This document shows, one piece after another, positions 29,962 to 39,243 of a stretch of 55,020 nucleotides of DNA. Every line of letters starts with the position of its first letter. The stretch's first letter is position 1. The position numbers and the translations under genes were made by a program. Where the stretch lies: positions 1-55,020 of the forward strand of contig JAZQSR010000062.1 in assembly GCA_045630225.1 (NCBI GenBank), written 5' to 3'. This stretch comes from Treponema sp. Its GTDB lineage: Bacteria > Spirochaetota > Spirochaetia > Treponematales > Treponemataceae. The notes below the pieces were generated by a model. The model made no database searches. It worked only from the letters and a program-made list of their open reading frames with translations, and had not been told where the DNA came from.

Positions 29962-30086
29962 AAAAACTATATCTGTCATATCCCACTTTGTCAATGGGAA
30001 TAGTTTCCTAAGAATTATTTTCTAGGAATCATCTCTCAAAAAGCATTTCCCTTCCCCCAAGGCTTTCAATGTAGTATACTACTTTT

Positions 30087-31304
30087 ATGACACACTTTAA
30101 AACAGATTATGCTATTATCAATGCAGAACTTGTGATTGACAAAACAAGCTCACAGGCAAGCAATACATCCTCCACCACCGGGGGAATTTTACACAAGGCG
30201 GGACTTCTTGTAAGCCAGGGAAAGATTCAAGAGATTTATGCTGACTCCACAGAGGCTCAAGCCCAGGCACAAAAGCTGGGACTGGAAATTATCGATGCCC
30301 GAGGAGCCTATCTTGGCCCTGGACTTATCGATATGCATATTCACGGTTGCGGTGGCACTGACACTGGCCAGGAAGACCTGCAAGTGGCCTTGGAAACCAT
30401 GGCCCAATTCCTGAGTCAGCGGGGAATTACTAGCTTTCAGCCAGCAGTTTTTCCCAGTGTGGAAATTATGGCAAAGGCACAAGCCGCCTTGGAAGCAAGT
30501 CCTCTGGCTGCCTACCATGTTTGCTCTATTTACAACGAAGGCCCCTTCATTGCCTTGGAAAAAAAGGGTGGACTTCCTGCAGAAAGCCTACGGGATTTCA
30601 CTGCTGAATACATGGAACAGCTTTTATCCTTCCGCCATCCTGAAACAAATCGCACCTTGTTAGGTACCATGACAGTGGCTCCTGAACTTGAAGGGGCTGA
30701 TGTGGCCTGGAAAATGGCAGCAGAAGCAGGCTCCAAGGTTGCCTGGGGACATTCAGCCTCCTATGCCGACATGATTCCTGCCAACAAGGGAGTGCACCTG
30801 ACCCATATTTTCAACGCCATGAACGGAATTGACCACCGCCGCCCCGGACTTGCCATTGTTCCCTTCTTAAAGCAGTATCAAGACGCCACCTACGAGCTCA
30901 TTGCAGACACCGTTCACGTGAACCAGCTGACCATGGAGTTTTTGATTCACAGCTTGGGAACAGATCGCTTGTGCTTGATTTCAGATGCAATGGCGGCGGC
31001 AGGCATGGGCCCCGGAGAATCAGTGTATTTGGGACGACAGGTTATCTGCGACGGCAAGGTAAGCCGCTACAAGGAAGGCAACATTCTCATCGGTTCTGCC
31101 ATGCTGACCCACGACACAGGCCGCCAGCTAGTGGAAGCAGGCCTCATTGATGTGGCTGGCTTTTTCCGCATTGCCAGCACCAACCCCGCTCGTGTTTTAG
31201 GCCTCACGGACCGCGGTTTAATCCAAGTAGGCCACCGTGCTGATTTTGTCCTGTTGAATGAAAGATTCCACGTTCAAGATGTTTTCATAGGCCGAAAGAA
31301 CTGA
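30087..31304 (+). CDS. nagA: N-acetylglucosamine-6-phosphate deacetylase (amidohydrolase)
   Basis: PGLIDMHIHGCGG, EGPF, TVAPE, GHS, THIFNAM, ISDAM, STNPA. Confidence 0.88.
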   Translation: MTHFKTDYAIINAELVIDKTSSQASNTSSTTGGILHKAGLLVSQGKIQEIYADSTEAQAQAQKLGLEIIDARGAYLGPGLIDMHIHGCGGTDTGQEDLQVALETMAQFLSQRGITSFQPAVFPSVEIMAKAQAALEASPLAAYHVCSIYNEGPFIALEKKGGLPAESLRDFTAEYMEQLLSFRHPETNRTLLGTMTVAPELEGADVAWKMAAEAGSKVAWGHSASYADMIPANKGVHLTHIFNAMNGIDHRRPGLAIVPFLKQYQDATYELIADTVHVNQLTMEFLIHSLGTDRLCLISDAMAAAGMGPGESVYLGRQVICDGKVSRYKEGNILIGSAMLTHDTGRQLVEAGLIDVAGFFRIASTNPARVLGLTDRGLIQVGHRADFVLLNERFHVQDVFIGRKN

Positions 31305-31392
31305 TTCCTGTTCAAGATGAAAAGGAATTTTACCATAAACCTATCTCGTGATATACTATTGAGAAAGGTACTTTAGCTCAAAGGAGTTTACC

Positions 31393-32136
31393 ATGAAACG
31401 AAATTGCTTTTTTGTTCTTACCCTCATGCTCATCCTGCTGATTTCCGCTTGTTCCTCCAAAACAGATCAAGCAAGGCTTCAGTCTGATGCAGCACAAAAC
31501 AAGGCCGTTGCAGAGGAAACTCCACCTTCTCAAAAAAAAGAATACCACACACAAATTGCCATCATCGGCATGAACCAACAAGCCCTAGAAGCTGCCACCA
31601 GTGCCCTGGAATATGGTTGCCAGTCTGTGCTGATTCTTGCCAACGGTCAGCCCATGGCCAGCGACATCATCGCCGCCCATCCCGAGTTTACCTTTGTTAC
31701 CGAAGGGGTGGCTCACGGTATCCTCATGACATTTGATGGAGCCATTCGAGGAATCAACGGCCTTCAGGAAGGAAATGCCATGGCCATTCATTGCGACACC
31801 GTAATTTTGGCCGACAATCCCCAGCGACCAGAAGTTGCTTCCTTGGTGGCCTTCCTCTCTCATGATGAACAAGGCAATCTCCATGCAGACAACAAGGGCC
31901 AACTCTTGCGTGAAACCACCCCTTCCCAAGGAGTTCCCACAAAATGCGGCGTTCCCCTCACCGTAGCTGGCTCAGCAGATGAGCTTCCCCCAGCAGTAAC
32001 ACCTGTGGCAGGTTTCTACGCATTAGCTTCTGCCTTGGGAAACGATGCCCAAACCATCCCTCCCAAGGAGCTGGGAAAATTGGTGGCCGCCAAGGAAAAA
32101 ATGAGTGGCCTGCAACTTATTTCTTTGAACAACTAG
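31393..32136 (+). CDS. Lipoprotein with a degenerate FAD-oxidoreductase (flavocytochrome c/fumarate reductase-like) fold
   Basis: Lipobox ISA|C; TQIAIIGxxxxALEAAxxAxxxG Rossmann-like start lacking GxGxxG; CDTVILA and ..D.KGQLL....PVAGFYA echo flavoprotein motifs. Confidence 0.5.
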   Translation: MKRNCFFVLTLMLILLISACSSKTDQARLQSDAAQNKAVAEETPPSQKKEYHTQIAIIGMNQQALEAATSALEYGCQSVLILANGQPMASDIIAAHPEFTFVTEGVAHGILMTFDGAIRGINGLQEGNAMAIHCDTVILADNPQRPEVASLVAFLSHDEQGNLHADNKGQLLRETTPSQGVPTKCGVPLTVAGSADELPPAVTPVAGFYALASALGNDAQTIPPKELGKLVAAKEKMSGLQLISLNN

Positions 32137-32140
32137 CACC

Positions 32141-33172
32141 ATGATTGCAAAGGGCATTGTAGGTCGCCTCACAAAGCAGCTGGTGGAAGATGCCCACCCC
32201 ACAGTAGCTTCCACCTGTTGCATCAACGAAATCCAGCAAAAAAAACATTGCGGTCTGTGCAAAGCCGCCTGCCACGTTTCTGCTCTGGACAAGATAACAA
32301 ATCCCGACTTTACCCACTGCGACGACTGTGGCATTTGCGTAGCTCATTGTCCAGCCCAGGTTTTTACCAATTCTCCAAGCCTTACCCAAAAGCTCATGAC
32401 CTTGGTGGAAAACACCAACCAAACCATTGTGCTGAGTTGCCATCACAACGAAAAAGAAGCTGACTGCAAGCTTGCCTGTCTTGCAGCCTATCCCTGGGAG
32501 GTGCTGGCCTGTCTTGTGGTAAGCAACAATCTCATTTCCTTTTTGCCAGGAGCCTGTGATTCCTGCCAGCACAAAAACCAGATGCTCCTTTTTGAACGGA
32601 GCCTTTCCCAGCTACAATCCTTTCTGGGAGAAGAAGCCTACAAAACCATTTTCAGCGAAAACAAAAAGCCCCAACTCCAAAGCCGACGAGAAGCCTTTTC
32701 CAGTCTCTTCCGTCAAGGTGGCCGTTCTGCCTTAAATCTTTTGCCAGAAGAATTGCGTTCTTCTCCCGATAAAAACTTGTGGAGAAAGATATTGCTCCAT
32801 CGGCTGGCCTCCCCAAATCCCAGGAATCACACCGCCCACTGGATCACTCCCCTTATCCAAGAGGATTGCAAGGCCTGTGGCATTTGCGAAAAACTTTGTC
32901 CCAACAAGGCCCTCCGTATTGTGTTAGGAGAAGACAAGCAATTTTACCTCACTCACTTTAACTGGAAATGCCAGGGCTGTGGTATTTGTGCCACCGCCTG
33001 TCCTTGGCACTGCATCACAGAATTTGGCCGAGTAACCATGGAACCAGCTCACCGCCCCCTCGTTACCAAAACAAAGGCCAGAGTTTGTAGCCATTGCTCC
33101 AATCCCGCCTTCGGTGAGTTTGAATTGTGCATCGAATGTTCCATCAAACAACGGGAAGGAAATTTAAAATAG
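32141..33172 (+). CDS. Multi-[4Fe-4S] ferredoxin-type protein
   Basis: CDDCGICVAHCP, CKACGICEKLCP, CQGCGICATACP plus further Cys clusters. Confidence 0.9.
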   Translation: MIAKGIVGRLTKQLVEDAHPTVASTCCINEIQQKKHCGLCKAACHVSALDKITNPDFTHCDDCGICVAHCPAQVFTNSPSLTQKLMTLVENTNQTIVLSCHHNEKEADCKLACLAAYPWEVLACLVVSNNLISFLPGACDSCQHKNQMLLFERSLSQLQSFLGEEAYKTIFSENKKPQLQSRREAFSSLFRQGGRSALNLLPEELRSSPDKNLWRKILLHRLASPNPRNHTAHWITPLIQEDCKACGICEKLCPNKALRIVLGEDKQFYLTHFNWKCQGCGICATACPWHCITEFGRVTMEPAHRPLVTKTKARVCSHCSNPAFGEFELCIECSIKQREGNLK

Positions 33173-33225
33173 TTACCGTTCACTAACTATCTATATTAAA
33201 TTATCGTTAATAAATTATTAAATAA

Positions 33226-33254
33226 TTGACATTGGCCATTTTTAGACTTACCAT
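33226..33254 (+). promoter_or_regulatory. Sigma70-type promoter of the molybdoenzyme operon
   Basis: TTGACA-17 bp-TACCAT preceded by an AT-rich tract. Confidence 0.65.
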
Positions 33255-33288
33255 TAAAAGATAAATTTTTACACAAAGGAGTTTGAAG

Positions 33289-33585
33289 ATGAACAGACAT
33301 GGGAAAAAACTTTCCGTGATGGTGTTCCTCTTTGCAGCTCTCTGCATCATCATGCTGGCTTCCTGTACTGCCAGTGAAAAGGGTGTACAAGCAGCAAAGA
33401 AGGCTACCGAAGCCACTGTCACAACTCAGGTTGGTTCTGTAGAAAGTTACACAGGTGTAGTAAATCCTACTCTGGAAGCAAACTATCATCAGACACCAGA
33501 AGAAGCCCAACGGTACGGAGCCCAGATGGAGGAAATCCTTACTAATGGCTCAGATGCAGACCGAGTTCTGCAGTCAGGTATCTAA
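33289..33585 (+). CDS. Small lipoprotein, first gene of the molybdoenzyme operon
   Basis: AAAGGAG RBS; lipobox LAS|C; 98 aa. Confidence 0.75.
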   Translation: MNRHGKKLSVMVFLFAALCIIMLASCTASEKGVQAAKKATEATVTTQVGSVESYTGVVNPTLEANYHQTPEEAQRYGAQMEEILTNGSDADRVLQSGI

Positions 33586-33608
33586 GGTCAAGGTGTAGGA
33601 TCCATTCC

Positions 33609-34217
33609 ATGAAAAATTCCATTCAGCAGATACAACAAGAAATGACACCTTGGATTTTACTCCTGCAAAAATATTATCAGGGCCATCTGTGTAATTTAGA
33701 TTCAGCCACTTGGGAAGAAATCATTCAGGCATTGCAAGCCGAACCTACTGCAACCATGCCAGCCATGGCAGAAGCATTGGAAGTTTTAGCTGCAACGGAA
33801 GAGCTCCAACGACAAGAAATGAAATACGATTTCAACAGCTTGTTCATTGGCCCCGACATCCTGAAGGCTCCTCCCTACGAGTCCTGTTATCTGAATCCAG
33901 AGCGCACCTTAATGCAAACAGAAACCATGCGTGTCCGTGCAAAATACCGTGAAGCCGGTCTGGAAGTTGCCAAGAAAAATGTGGAACCAGATGACTTTAT
34001 GGGCTTTGAACTGGAATTCCTGTTGTTCTTGCTCAGTAGCGAATCAGAAGCACACCACAATCTGATTCCCCAGTTCATGCAGGAACACTTGCTGGTATGG
34101 TACAAGCCCCACGTGGAAGCCATCAGGAACAATACCCACCATCCAATTTGCTTGTCCATGGCCCGTATTCTGGAAGGAATTATGGAATACTTCAACACAA
34201 TGATTAATCACGTCTAG
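33609..34217 (+). CDS. TorD/DmsD-family redox enzyme maturation chaperone
   Basis: DFNSLFIGP...APPYESCYL and EPDDFMGFELEFL signature; FMQEHLLVW. Confidence 0.92.
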   Translation: MKNSIQQIQQEMTPWILLLQKYYQGHLCNLDSATWEEIIQALQAEPTATMPAMAEALEVLAATEELQRQEMKYDFNSLFIGPDILKAPPYESCYLNPERTLMQTETMRVRAKYREAGLEVAKKNVEPDDFMGFELEFLLFLLSSESEAHHNLIPQFMQEHLLVWYKPHVEAIRNNTHHPICLSMARILEGIMEYFNTMINHV

Positions 34218-34231
34218 GAGGATTGCTAATA

Positions 34232-36430
34232 ATGCACGCTGAAATTACGAGAAGAACATTTCTAAAGGGTGCCGCAGCCACAGGTGTTTTGGCAGGATTG
34301 GGAGGAGTAACAGCATCTTCCTTTGCTGCAACAAATACTGGCAGTGGTAGCAAGAATGTCAAGAAAACTTACAACTGTTGCCCTCGCAACTGCTATGACA
34401 CCTGTTCTATCATCACCACTGTAGAAGATGGTGTTATCAAGTTTGTAACAGGAAACCCTGAGAACACCTATACCAACGGTCGCCTTTGTGTAAAAGGATA
34501 TACCTATCCTCGCCGAGTCTACTCTCCCGACCGAGTAAAATACCCCATGAAGCAAACCGCCAAGGGAAGCGGCAAATGGGAACAAATCAGCTGGGATGAG
34601 GCTTTTGACATCATCGCTAAAAAAATCATCGAAATCCGCAACGAATACGGCAACACCTTGGGTGTTTGTCTCAACAAGTACAGCGGTAACTTCAATGTCT
34701 TGACCTATGGTATTGAAGGAATGATGTCTAGCTTTGGTCACACCACCCGCATTCAGGGAACCCCCTGTTGGCCTGCTGGTATCGACAGCCAAACCTTTGA
34801 CATGGGAACCATCGTTAACTCCGACCCAGAAAGCTTTGCCCTGTCCAAGATGATTATTGTTTGGGGAGCAAACCCAGCCTGGTGTTCCGTTCACTCCATG
34901 CACATTATTCAGAAGGCCAAGGAAAACGGCTGTAAGGTTGTATTCATTGACCCAGTAATGACAGCTTCCGCCTCCAAGGCAGATGAATTTATCGAAATCA
35001 AGACAAGTACCGACGGTGCCTTGGCCTTGGGTATGTGCCGCTACATCCTGGACAACAACCTTCAGGACGATGCTTGGATGGCAGCCAACTCCATCGGCTA
35101 CAAGGAATTCATCGATTACGTTAACAAGAACATCACCGTAGAATGGGCCGCAGAAAAAACTGGTGTTCCCGCCAAGGTTATTGAACGCTTGGCTTATGAA
35201 TATGCCACCACTCAGCCTGCCGCCATCTGGATTGGATACGGAATGCAGCGCCACGCCAACGGTGGAGCCAACGTTCGTGCCATTGACGCCTTGGCTGCCC
35301 TGTGCGGAAACGTCGGAAAGCTAGGAGCCGGTGCAAACTACGCTCAGTTGGATAGCTGGGGATTCAACTATGCCGCCATGGTGGATTCTCCTGCCAACAC
35401 CGACAACGTAGCTTCTGACCGTTACATCAACATCAACAACTTTGCTGCAGAATTGCTGAACATCAACAACAACCTAAAGAATCCTCCAGTAAAATTGTTG
35501 TGGGTAGCTTGCCGTAACCCCATGAGCCAGGACCCCGAAGCTGGCTTGGTAGAAAAGGCATTCAAATCCGTAGACTTGGTTGTTACTGTTGACCAGTTCT
35601 TTAACAAGTCTGTGGAAATGTCCGACATCGTACTGCCCGTTTGTACCATCTTTGAAACTTGGGGACTCCACGCCAGCTACTGGCACTACTGGATGAACGG
35701 AAATGAGCCTGCCATTGAGCAGATGTACGAGTCAAAGTGCGACGTGGAAATTGCCATGGGCTTGGCCAAGAAGATGAATTCCATTCAGCCTGGTTCTTGT
35801 ACCTTCATTACCGACAGAACTATGGAAGAATGGTGTGCACGAGAAATGTCCGATGCCTTCAAGCAGAAATTTGGCTTCTCCGACTGGAAGGAAATTTTCC
35901 AGAAGGGAACCGTAAAGGTAAAGGGCTACGATGCTGCTTGGGCAGACGGCAAGTTCCGTACTCCCTCTGGCAAGTACGAATTCTACTCCCAGAAAGCAGC
36001 CTCCACTGGTAACCACCTCTTGCCCGTATACCGAGAGGCTCTGCAAAACGACGATCCTGTATACAATATCAGAGCTATTACTCCCCACTGGAAGTATGGA
36101 CTCCACTCTCAGTTCCAGAACTTGGACTGGATGGCAAATATTCACAACGAACCCTTTGTGGAAATCAACCCTGTTTTAGCAGCAGAAAAAGGCATTAAGC
36201 ATGGAGATGCAGTAAAAGTATCTAGCTCCATCGGTCAGCTGATACTGAAGGCAAAGATTACAGCAAATGTTCCCAAGAATGAGGTTGTTATCTACGAAGC
36301 TTGGTACAAGGACAATCCTTTCAACGTAAACTACATTGTCAAGGCAATTCCTGCCGACATGGGAGCTTACGCCACAGGACAGCCCGGTGTTTCTTTCCAC
36401 GATACCTTTGTAAGTGTGGAAAAAACATAA
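34232..36430 (+). CDS. Tat-exported bis-MGD molybdopterin oxidoreductase catalytic subunit (DMSO reductase superfamily, Cys-ligated, substrate unknown)
   Basis: Twin-arginine ITRRTFLK; N-terminal CPRNCYDTC...LCVKG Fe-S site; ISWDEA; GTPCWPAG (likely Mo-ligating Cys); WGANP; SDIVLP; molydop-binding C-domain. Confidence 0.93.
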   Translation: MHAEITRRTFLKGAAATGVLAGLGGVTASSFAATNTGSGSKNVKKTYNCCPRNCYDTCSIITTVEDGVIKFVTGNPENTYTNGRLCVKGYTYPRRVYSPDRVKYPMKQTAKGSGKWEQISWDEAFDIIAKKIIEIRNEYGNTLGVCLNKYSGNFNVLTYGIEGMMSSFGHTTRIQGTPCWPAGIDSQTFDMGTIVNSDPESFALSKMIIVWGANPAWCSVHSMHIIQKAKENGCKVVFIDPVMTASASKADEFIEIKTSTDGALALGMCRYILDNNLQDDAWMAANSIGYKEFIDYVNKNITVEWAAEKTGVPAKVIERLAYEYATTQPAAIWIGYGMQRHANGGANVRAIDALAALCGNVGKLGAGANYAQLDSWGFNYAAMVDSPANTDNVASDRYININNFAAELLNINNNLKNPPVKLLWVACRNPMSQDPEAGLVEKAFKSVDLVVTVDQFFNKSVEMSDIVLPVCTIFETWGLHASYWHYWMNGNEPAIEQMYESKCDVEIAMGLAKKMNSIQPGSCTFITDRTMEEWCAREMSDAFKQKFGFSDWKEIFQKGTVKVKGYDAAWADGKFRTPSGKYEFYSQKAASTGNHLLPVYREALQNDDPVYNIRAITPHWKYGLHSQFQNLDWMANIHNEPFVEINPVLAAEKGIKHGDAVKVSSSIGQLILKAKITANVPKNEVVIYEAWYKDNPFNVNYIVKAIPADMGAYATGQPGVSFHDTFVSVEKT

Positions 36431-36479
36431 GGCATTGCAATGAATGGATTTGTTTTAGTCAACGTTAGGAGGATTGAGA

Positions 36480-37037
36480 ATGAGTAAGCGACTTGGCTTT
36501 GTTTCAAATATGGAACGCTGCGTAGGATGCAATGCCTGCGTCATAGCTTGTAAATCATATCACGGACTTGAACCAGACATGAAACGTCGAAAAGTACGAG
36601 ACTTGGACGACAATCTGGTGGGTAGTCCTGTTCGGGCATATTTGTCCACCTCTTGCCAGCACTGCGAAGACCCTTCTTGTATGAAGGCTTGTCCCACCAG
36701 TGCCTACAGCAAGCGGGAAGATGGAATTGTATTGCACAACAGAAAGGTTTGTATTGGTTGTAAGATGTGTCTGTGGGCCTGCCCCTACGAAGCACCTACC
36801 TTCAATACTGTTACCAAAAAGATGGACAAGTGCGACATGTGTCGAGAACGGCTTGACCAGGGTGAACAGCCCATTTGCGTAGCCTGCTGTCCAATGGAAG
36901 CCTTGAGAATAGTAGATATCGACACCTTGGATGAGGCAACCTTGGTAAAAGATGTGGATGGATTCCCAGTTTCAAGCATTACAAATCCCAACCTGAGAAT
37001 GAAAATGCCACAATCTGTAAAGCAGGTAAGGAGGTAA
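36480..37037 (+). CDS. DmsB/NrfC-type four-cluster [4Fe-4S] electron-transfer subunit
   Basis: CVGCNACVIACK, CQHCEDPSCMKACP, CIGCKMCLWACPY, KCDMC...PICVACCP. Confidence 0.94.
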   Translation: MSKRLGFVSNMERCVGCNACVIACKSYHGLEPDMKRRKVRDLDDNLVGSPVRAYLSTSCQHCEDPSCMKACPTSAYSKREDGIVLHNRKVCIGCKMCLWACPYEAPTFNTVTKKMDKCDMCRERLDQGEQPICVACCPMEALRIVDIDTLDEATLVKDVDGFPVSSITNPNLRMKMPQSVKQVRR

Positions 37038-37040
37038 CCC

Positions 37041-37853
37041 ATGGGTGATTTAAGTTTGATTTTGGGAACAGTGCTTTCCCAAGTTTCTATCGGTACATTT
37101 ATCACAACCTTTGTGGTGGCCCACCTTTTGAAGAAGGTTGACGGACAAATTGCATTTAAGTCAATTCTGATAGCCTTTATCATCGGTGTTTTAGGAATCG
37201 GAACTATGATTATGCACTTGGGTCATCCCCTTTTGGCTATGAACGCCTTCTTTAATCTGGGACGTTCTTGGCTTTCACGGGAAGTCCTCTTCTACGGTGG
37301 CTTTTTGGGATTGGCATTCTTGTATCTGGTATGCAGCAAGCTGAATAAGGAAGGTCTACTGAAACCACTGGGAATCGTGGCCTGTATTTTTGGAGTTTGT
37401 GCTGTATTTGTAACTAGCATGATTTACACCGTACCTTCCATTGTGGCTTGGAATAGTGTGAATACACCTCTTTCCTTTGCTCTTACTGCTATCATGATTG
37501 GTATTCCCTTGGGAGTGTACCTTACCAATGCATCAGAGCTGGTACCAACAGCATCTCGCCTGTTAGCTACTTTTACTTTAGTAGCCATCACCACAACCTT
37601 GGTGCATACTTCAACCCTGGCATCAAGTGTTGCTGCTGGAGCTGGAAGTGCCCACCTTTTGCTCACCAGTCCCTTGTTCTGGATGCGATTGGTTCTCTTG
37701 TGCCTCGTCTGTATCATTTCCATTGTGGCAGCGATTCGGTACAAGGGAAAGTCAAACTGTCCCTTTAATTACCGCTTAATAGCCATCATCTTGTTGATTG
37801 CAGCAGAATTTATTGGACGTACCTTGTTCTTAGGAACCATCGTACGAATGTAA
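37041..37853 (+). CDS. DmsC-family membrane anchor / quinol oxidase subunit
   Basis: TVLSQ..IG, HLGHPLLAMNA..NL..SWLSRE, EFIGRTLF; about 8 TM helices. Confidence 0.92.
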   Translation: MGDLSLILGTVLSQVSIGTFITTFVVAHLLKKVDGQIAFKSILIAFIIGVLGIGTMIMHLGHPLLAMNAFFNLGRSWLSREVLFYGGFLGLAFLYLVCSKLNKEGLLKPLGIVACIFGVCAVFVTSMIYTVPSIVAWNSVNTPLSFALTAIMIGIPLGVYLTNASELVPTASRLLATFTLVAITTTLVHTSTLASSVAAGAGSAHLLLTSPLFWMRLVLLCLVCIISIVAAIRYKGKSNCPFNYRLIAIILLIAAEFIGRTLFLGTIVRM

Positions 37854-37931
37854 CTAGATTACGTGCTGGAGTTTATCCCCCCTTTGTGGTATACTCCAGC
37901 ACATTCTTTTTTTGGGGAAAATCATCTCGTC

Positions 37932-38261
37932 ATGTTTAACATTGGATTTGGAGAACTTGTTCTTATACTACTGATTGCCTTTCTTGTGGTTGGCCCCAAG
38001 GATTTACCCAAGGTTGGGCGAACTTTGGCAAAAGTTGTACGAGAATTACGGAAATTCATGAACGACGTGAAAAGTTCTGTAGACTTAAAGGACGAAGAAT
38101 CCTACATCAAAGAAGTGGCCCAAGGAATTGCAGAGACAAAATCAACCATTCAGGAAATGAATCCTGTTTCCATCGTCAAACAAGAATTGGCCTCCCTAGA
38201 TCCCTTAGCTGATGTTACATCCGAGTTGAATGCCATCAAAAAAGATATACACTCATTGTAA
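37932..38261 (+). CDS. tatB: Twin-arginine translocase subunit TatB
   Basis: MFNIGFGELVLILLIAFLVVGPKDLP..GR. Confidence 0.9.
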   Translation: MFNIGFGELVLILLIAFLVVGPKDLPKVGRTLAKVVRELRKFMNDVKSSVDLKDEESYIKEVAQGIAETKSTIQEMNPVSIVKQELASLDPLADVTSELNAIKKDIHSL

Positions 38262-38272
38262 AGAGGTAATAT

Positions 38273-38458
38273 ATGAGAATTGGAACAACTGAATTGCTTC
38301 TTATCTTGGCACTGGCCATCCTGCTGTTTGGTGGCTCCCGACTTGCGGGATTGGGCAAGTCCTTGGGAAAGGGAATCAAGGAATTCCGCCAAGAAATGAA
38401 AGATGGCTCAAAAGAAGAAAAGACTGAAACAAAAGAATCAAACGGTAGCTCCGAGTGA
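38273..38458 (+). CDS. tatA: Twin-arginine translocase subunit TatA
   Basis: IGTTELLLILALAILLFGGSRLAGLGKSLGKGIKEFR. Confidence 0.94.
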   Translation: MRIGTTELLLILALAILLFGGSRLAGLGKSLGKGIKEFRQEMKDGSKEEKTETKESNGSSE

Positions 38459-39243
38459 AAAAAGGCGGAGTTCCCAAGGAAAAAAAATCAAAAGACAAGG
38501 AACCCTACGAGCTTGAGGCAAAACCTCTCCTAGACCACCTAAAGGATTTACGGCGACTGCTGTTTTTTTCTCTGGGAGTGATACTTGCCTGCTTCCTTGT
38601 GATTTTCACCCTCTACTCAAAAGAACTTGTCCAGTGGATTTCACAGCCCATTGTAGACATGAATATCGACATTATTTACATCGATGTTTCTGAGGCATTT
38701 ACCTCTCAGCTAAAATTGTCCTTTATTGCAGGGGCAGTTTTAGCAAGTCCAGTGGTGTTTGTGGCCATTTGGCTTTTTATCCGACCAGCCCTGTACAAAA
38801 ACGAACGCTTTGCCTTTGGCTTTATGACACTTTTTGCCCTATTACTTTTTATAGCGGGCGTGGTGTTTGCCTATTTTATGGTGTTTCGGCTGGCCATAAA
38901 CTTTTTTATTGTTTCTGGAGAAAATATCGCCACGCCTATGGTGTCCTTGGAACGATATGTTTCCTTTTTGTTTTCCTTTCTCCTACCCTTTGGAGTCATG
39001 TTCGAGACCCCAATTCTAGTGATTGTGCTGACTCGCATTGGCCTAGTAAATGCAAAAATTTTAAGTAAGGCTCGAAAATTCATTATTTTGGGAGTCTTCG
39101 TGGTGGCCGCAATTTTGACGCCCCCAGATGTTATTTCCCAAGTGTTGCTGGCCTTGCCCCTGTTGGTTTTATTTGAAATAAGCATTATCTTGTCTCGATT
39201 TGTGCGGCCACGAAAAAAAGAGCCTCTGGAGGAAGCTGTATGA
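38455..39243 (+). CDS. tatC: Twin-arginine translocase subunit TatC
   Basis: HLKDLRR, EAF...LK, W.FI.PALYKNE, FGVMFETP, AAILTPPDVISQ. Confidence 0.96.
   Translation: MKKGGVPKEKKSKDKEPYELEAKPLLDHLKDLRRLLFFSLGVILACFLVIFTLYSKELVQWISQPIVDMNIDIIYIDVSEAFTSQLKLSFIAGAVLASPVVFVAIWLFIRPALYKNERFAFGFMTLFALLLFIAGVVFAYFMVFRLAINFFIVSGENIATPMVSLERYVSFLFSFLLPFGVMFETPILVIVLTRIGLVNAKILSKARKFIILGVFVVAAILTPPDVISQVLLALPLLVLFEISIILSRFVRPRKKEPLEEAV

Noticed and set aside
29882-30000. SAM riboswitch or T-box upstream of metY
   Set aside because: The leader is short and lacks S-box or T-box consensus; only an operator-like inverted repeat is seen
33190-33225. ModE box upstream of the molybdoenzyme operon
   Set aside because: atcgttaata...attaaataat only loosely resembles the ModE consensus in a very AT-rich tract, and no modE gene is in the window
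34262-35254. Long antisense ORFs (330 aa here; also 26714-27487, 42844-43632, 22401-23036)
   Set aside because: They lie opposite well-supported genes and have no recognisable motifs; they are shadow frames caused by codon bias
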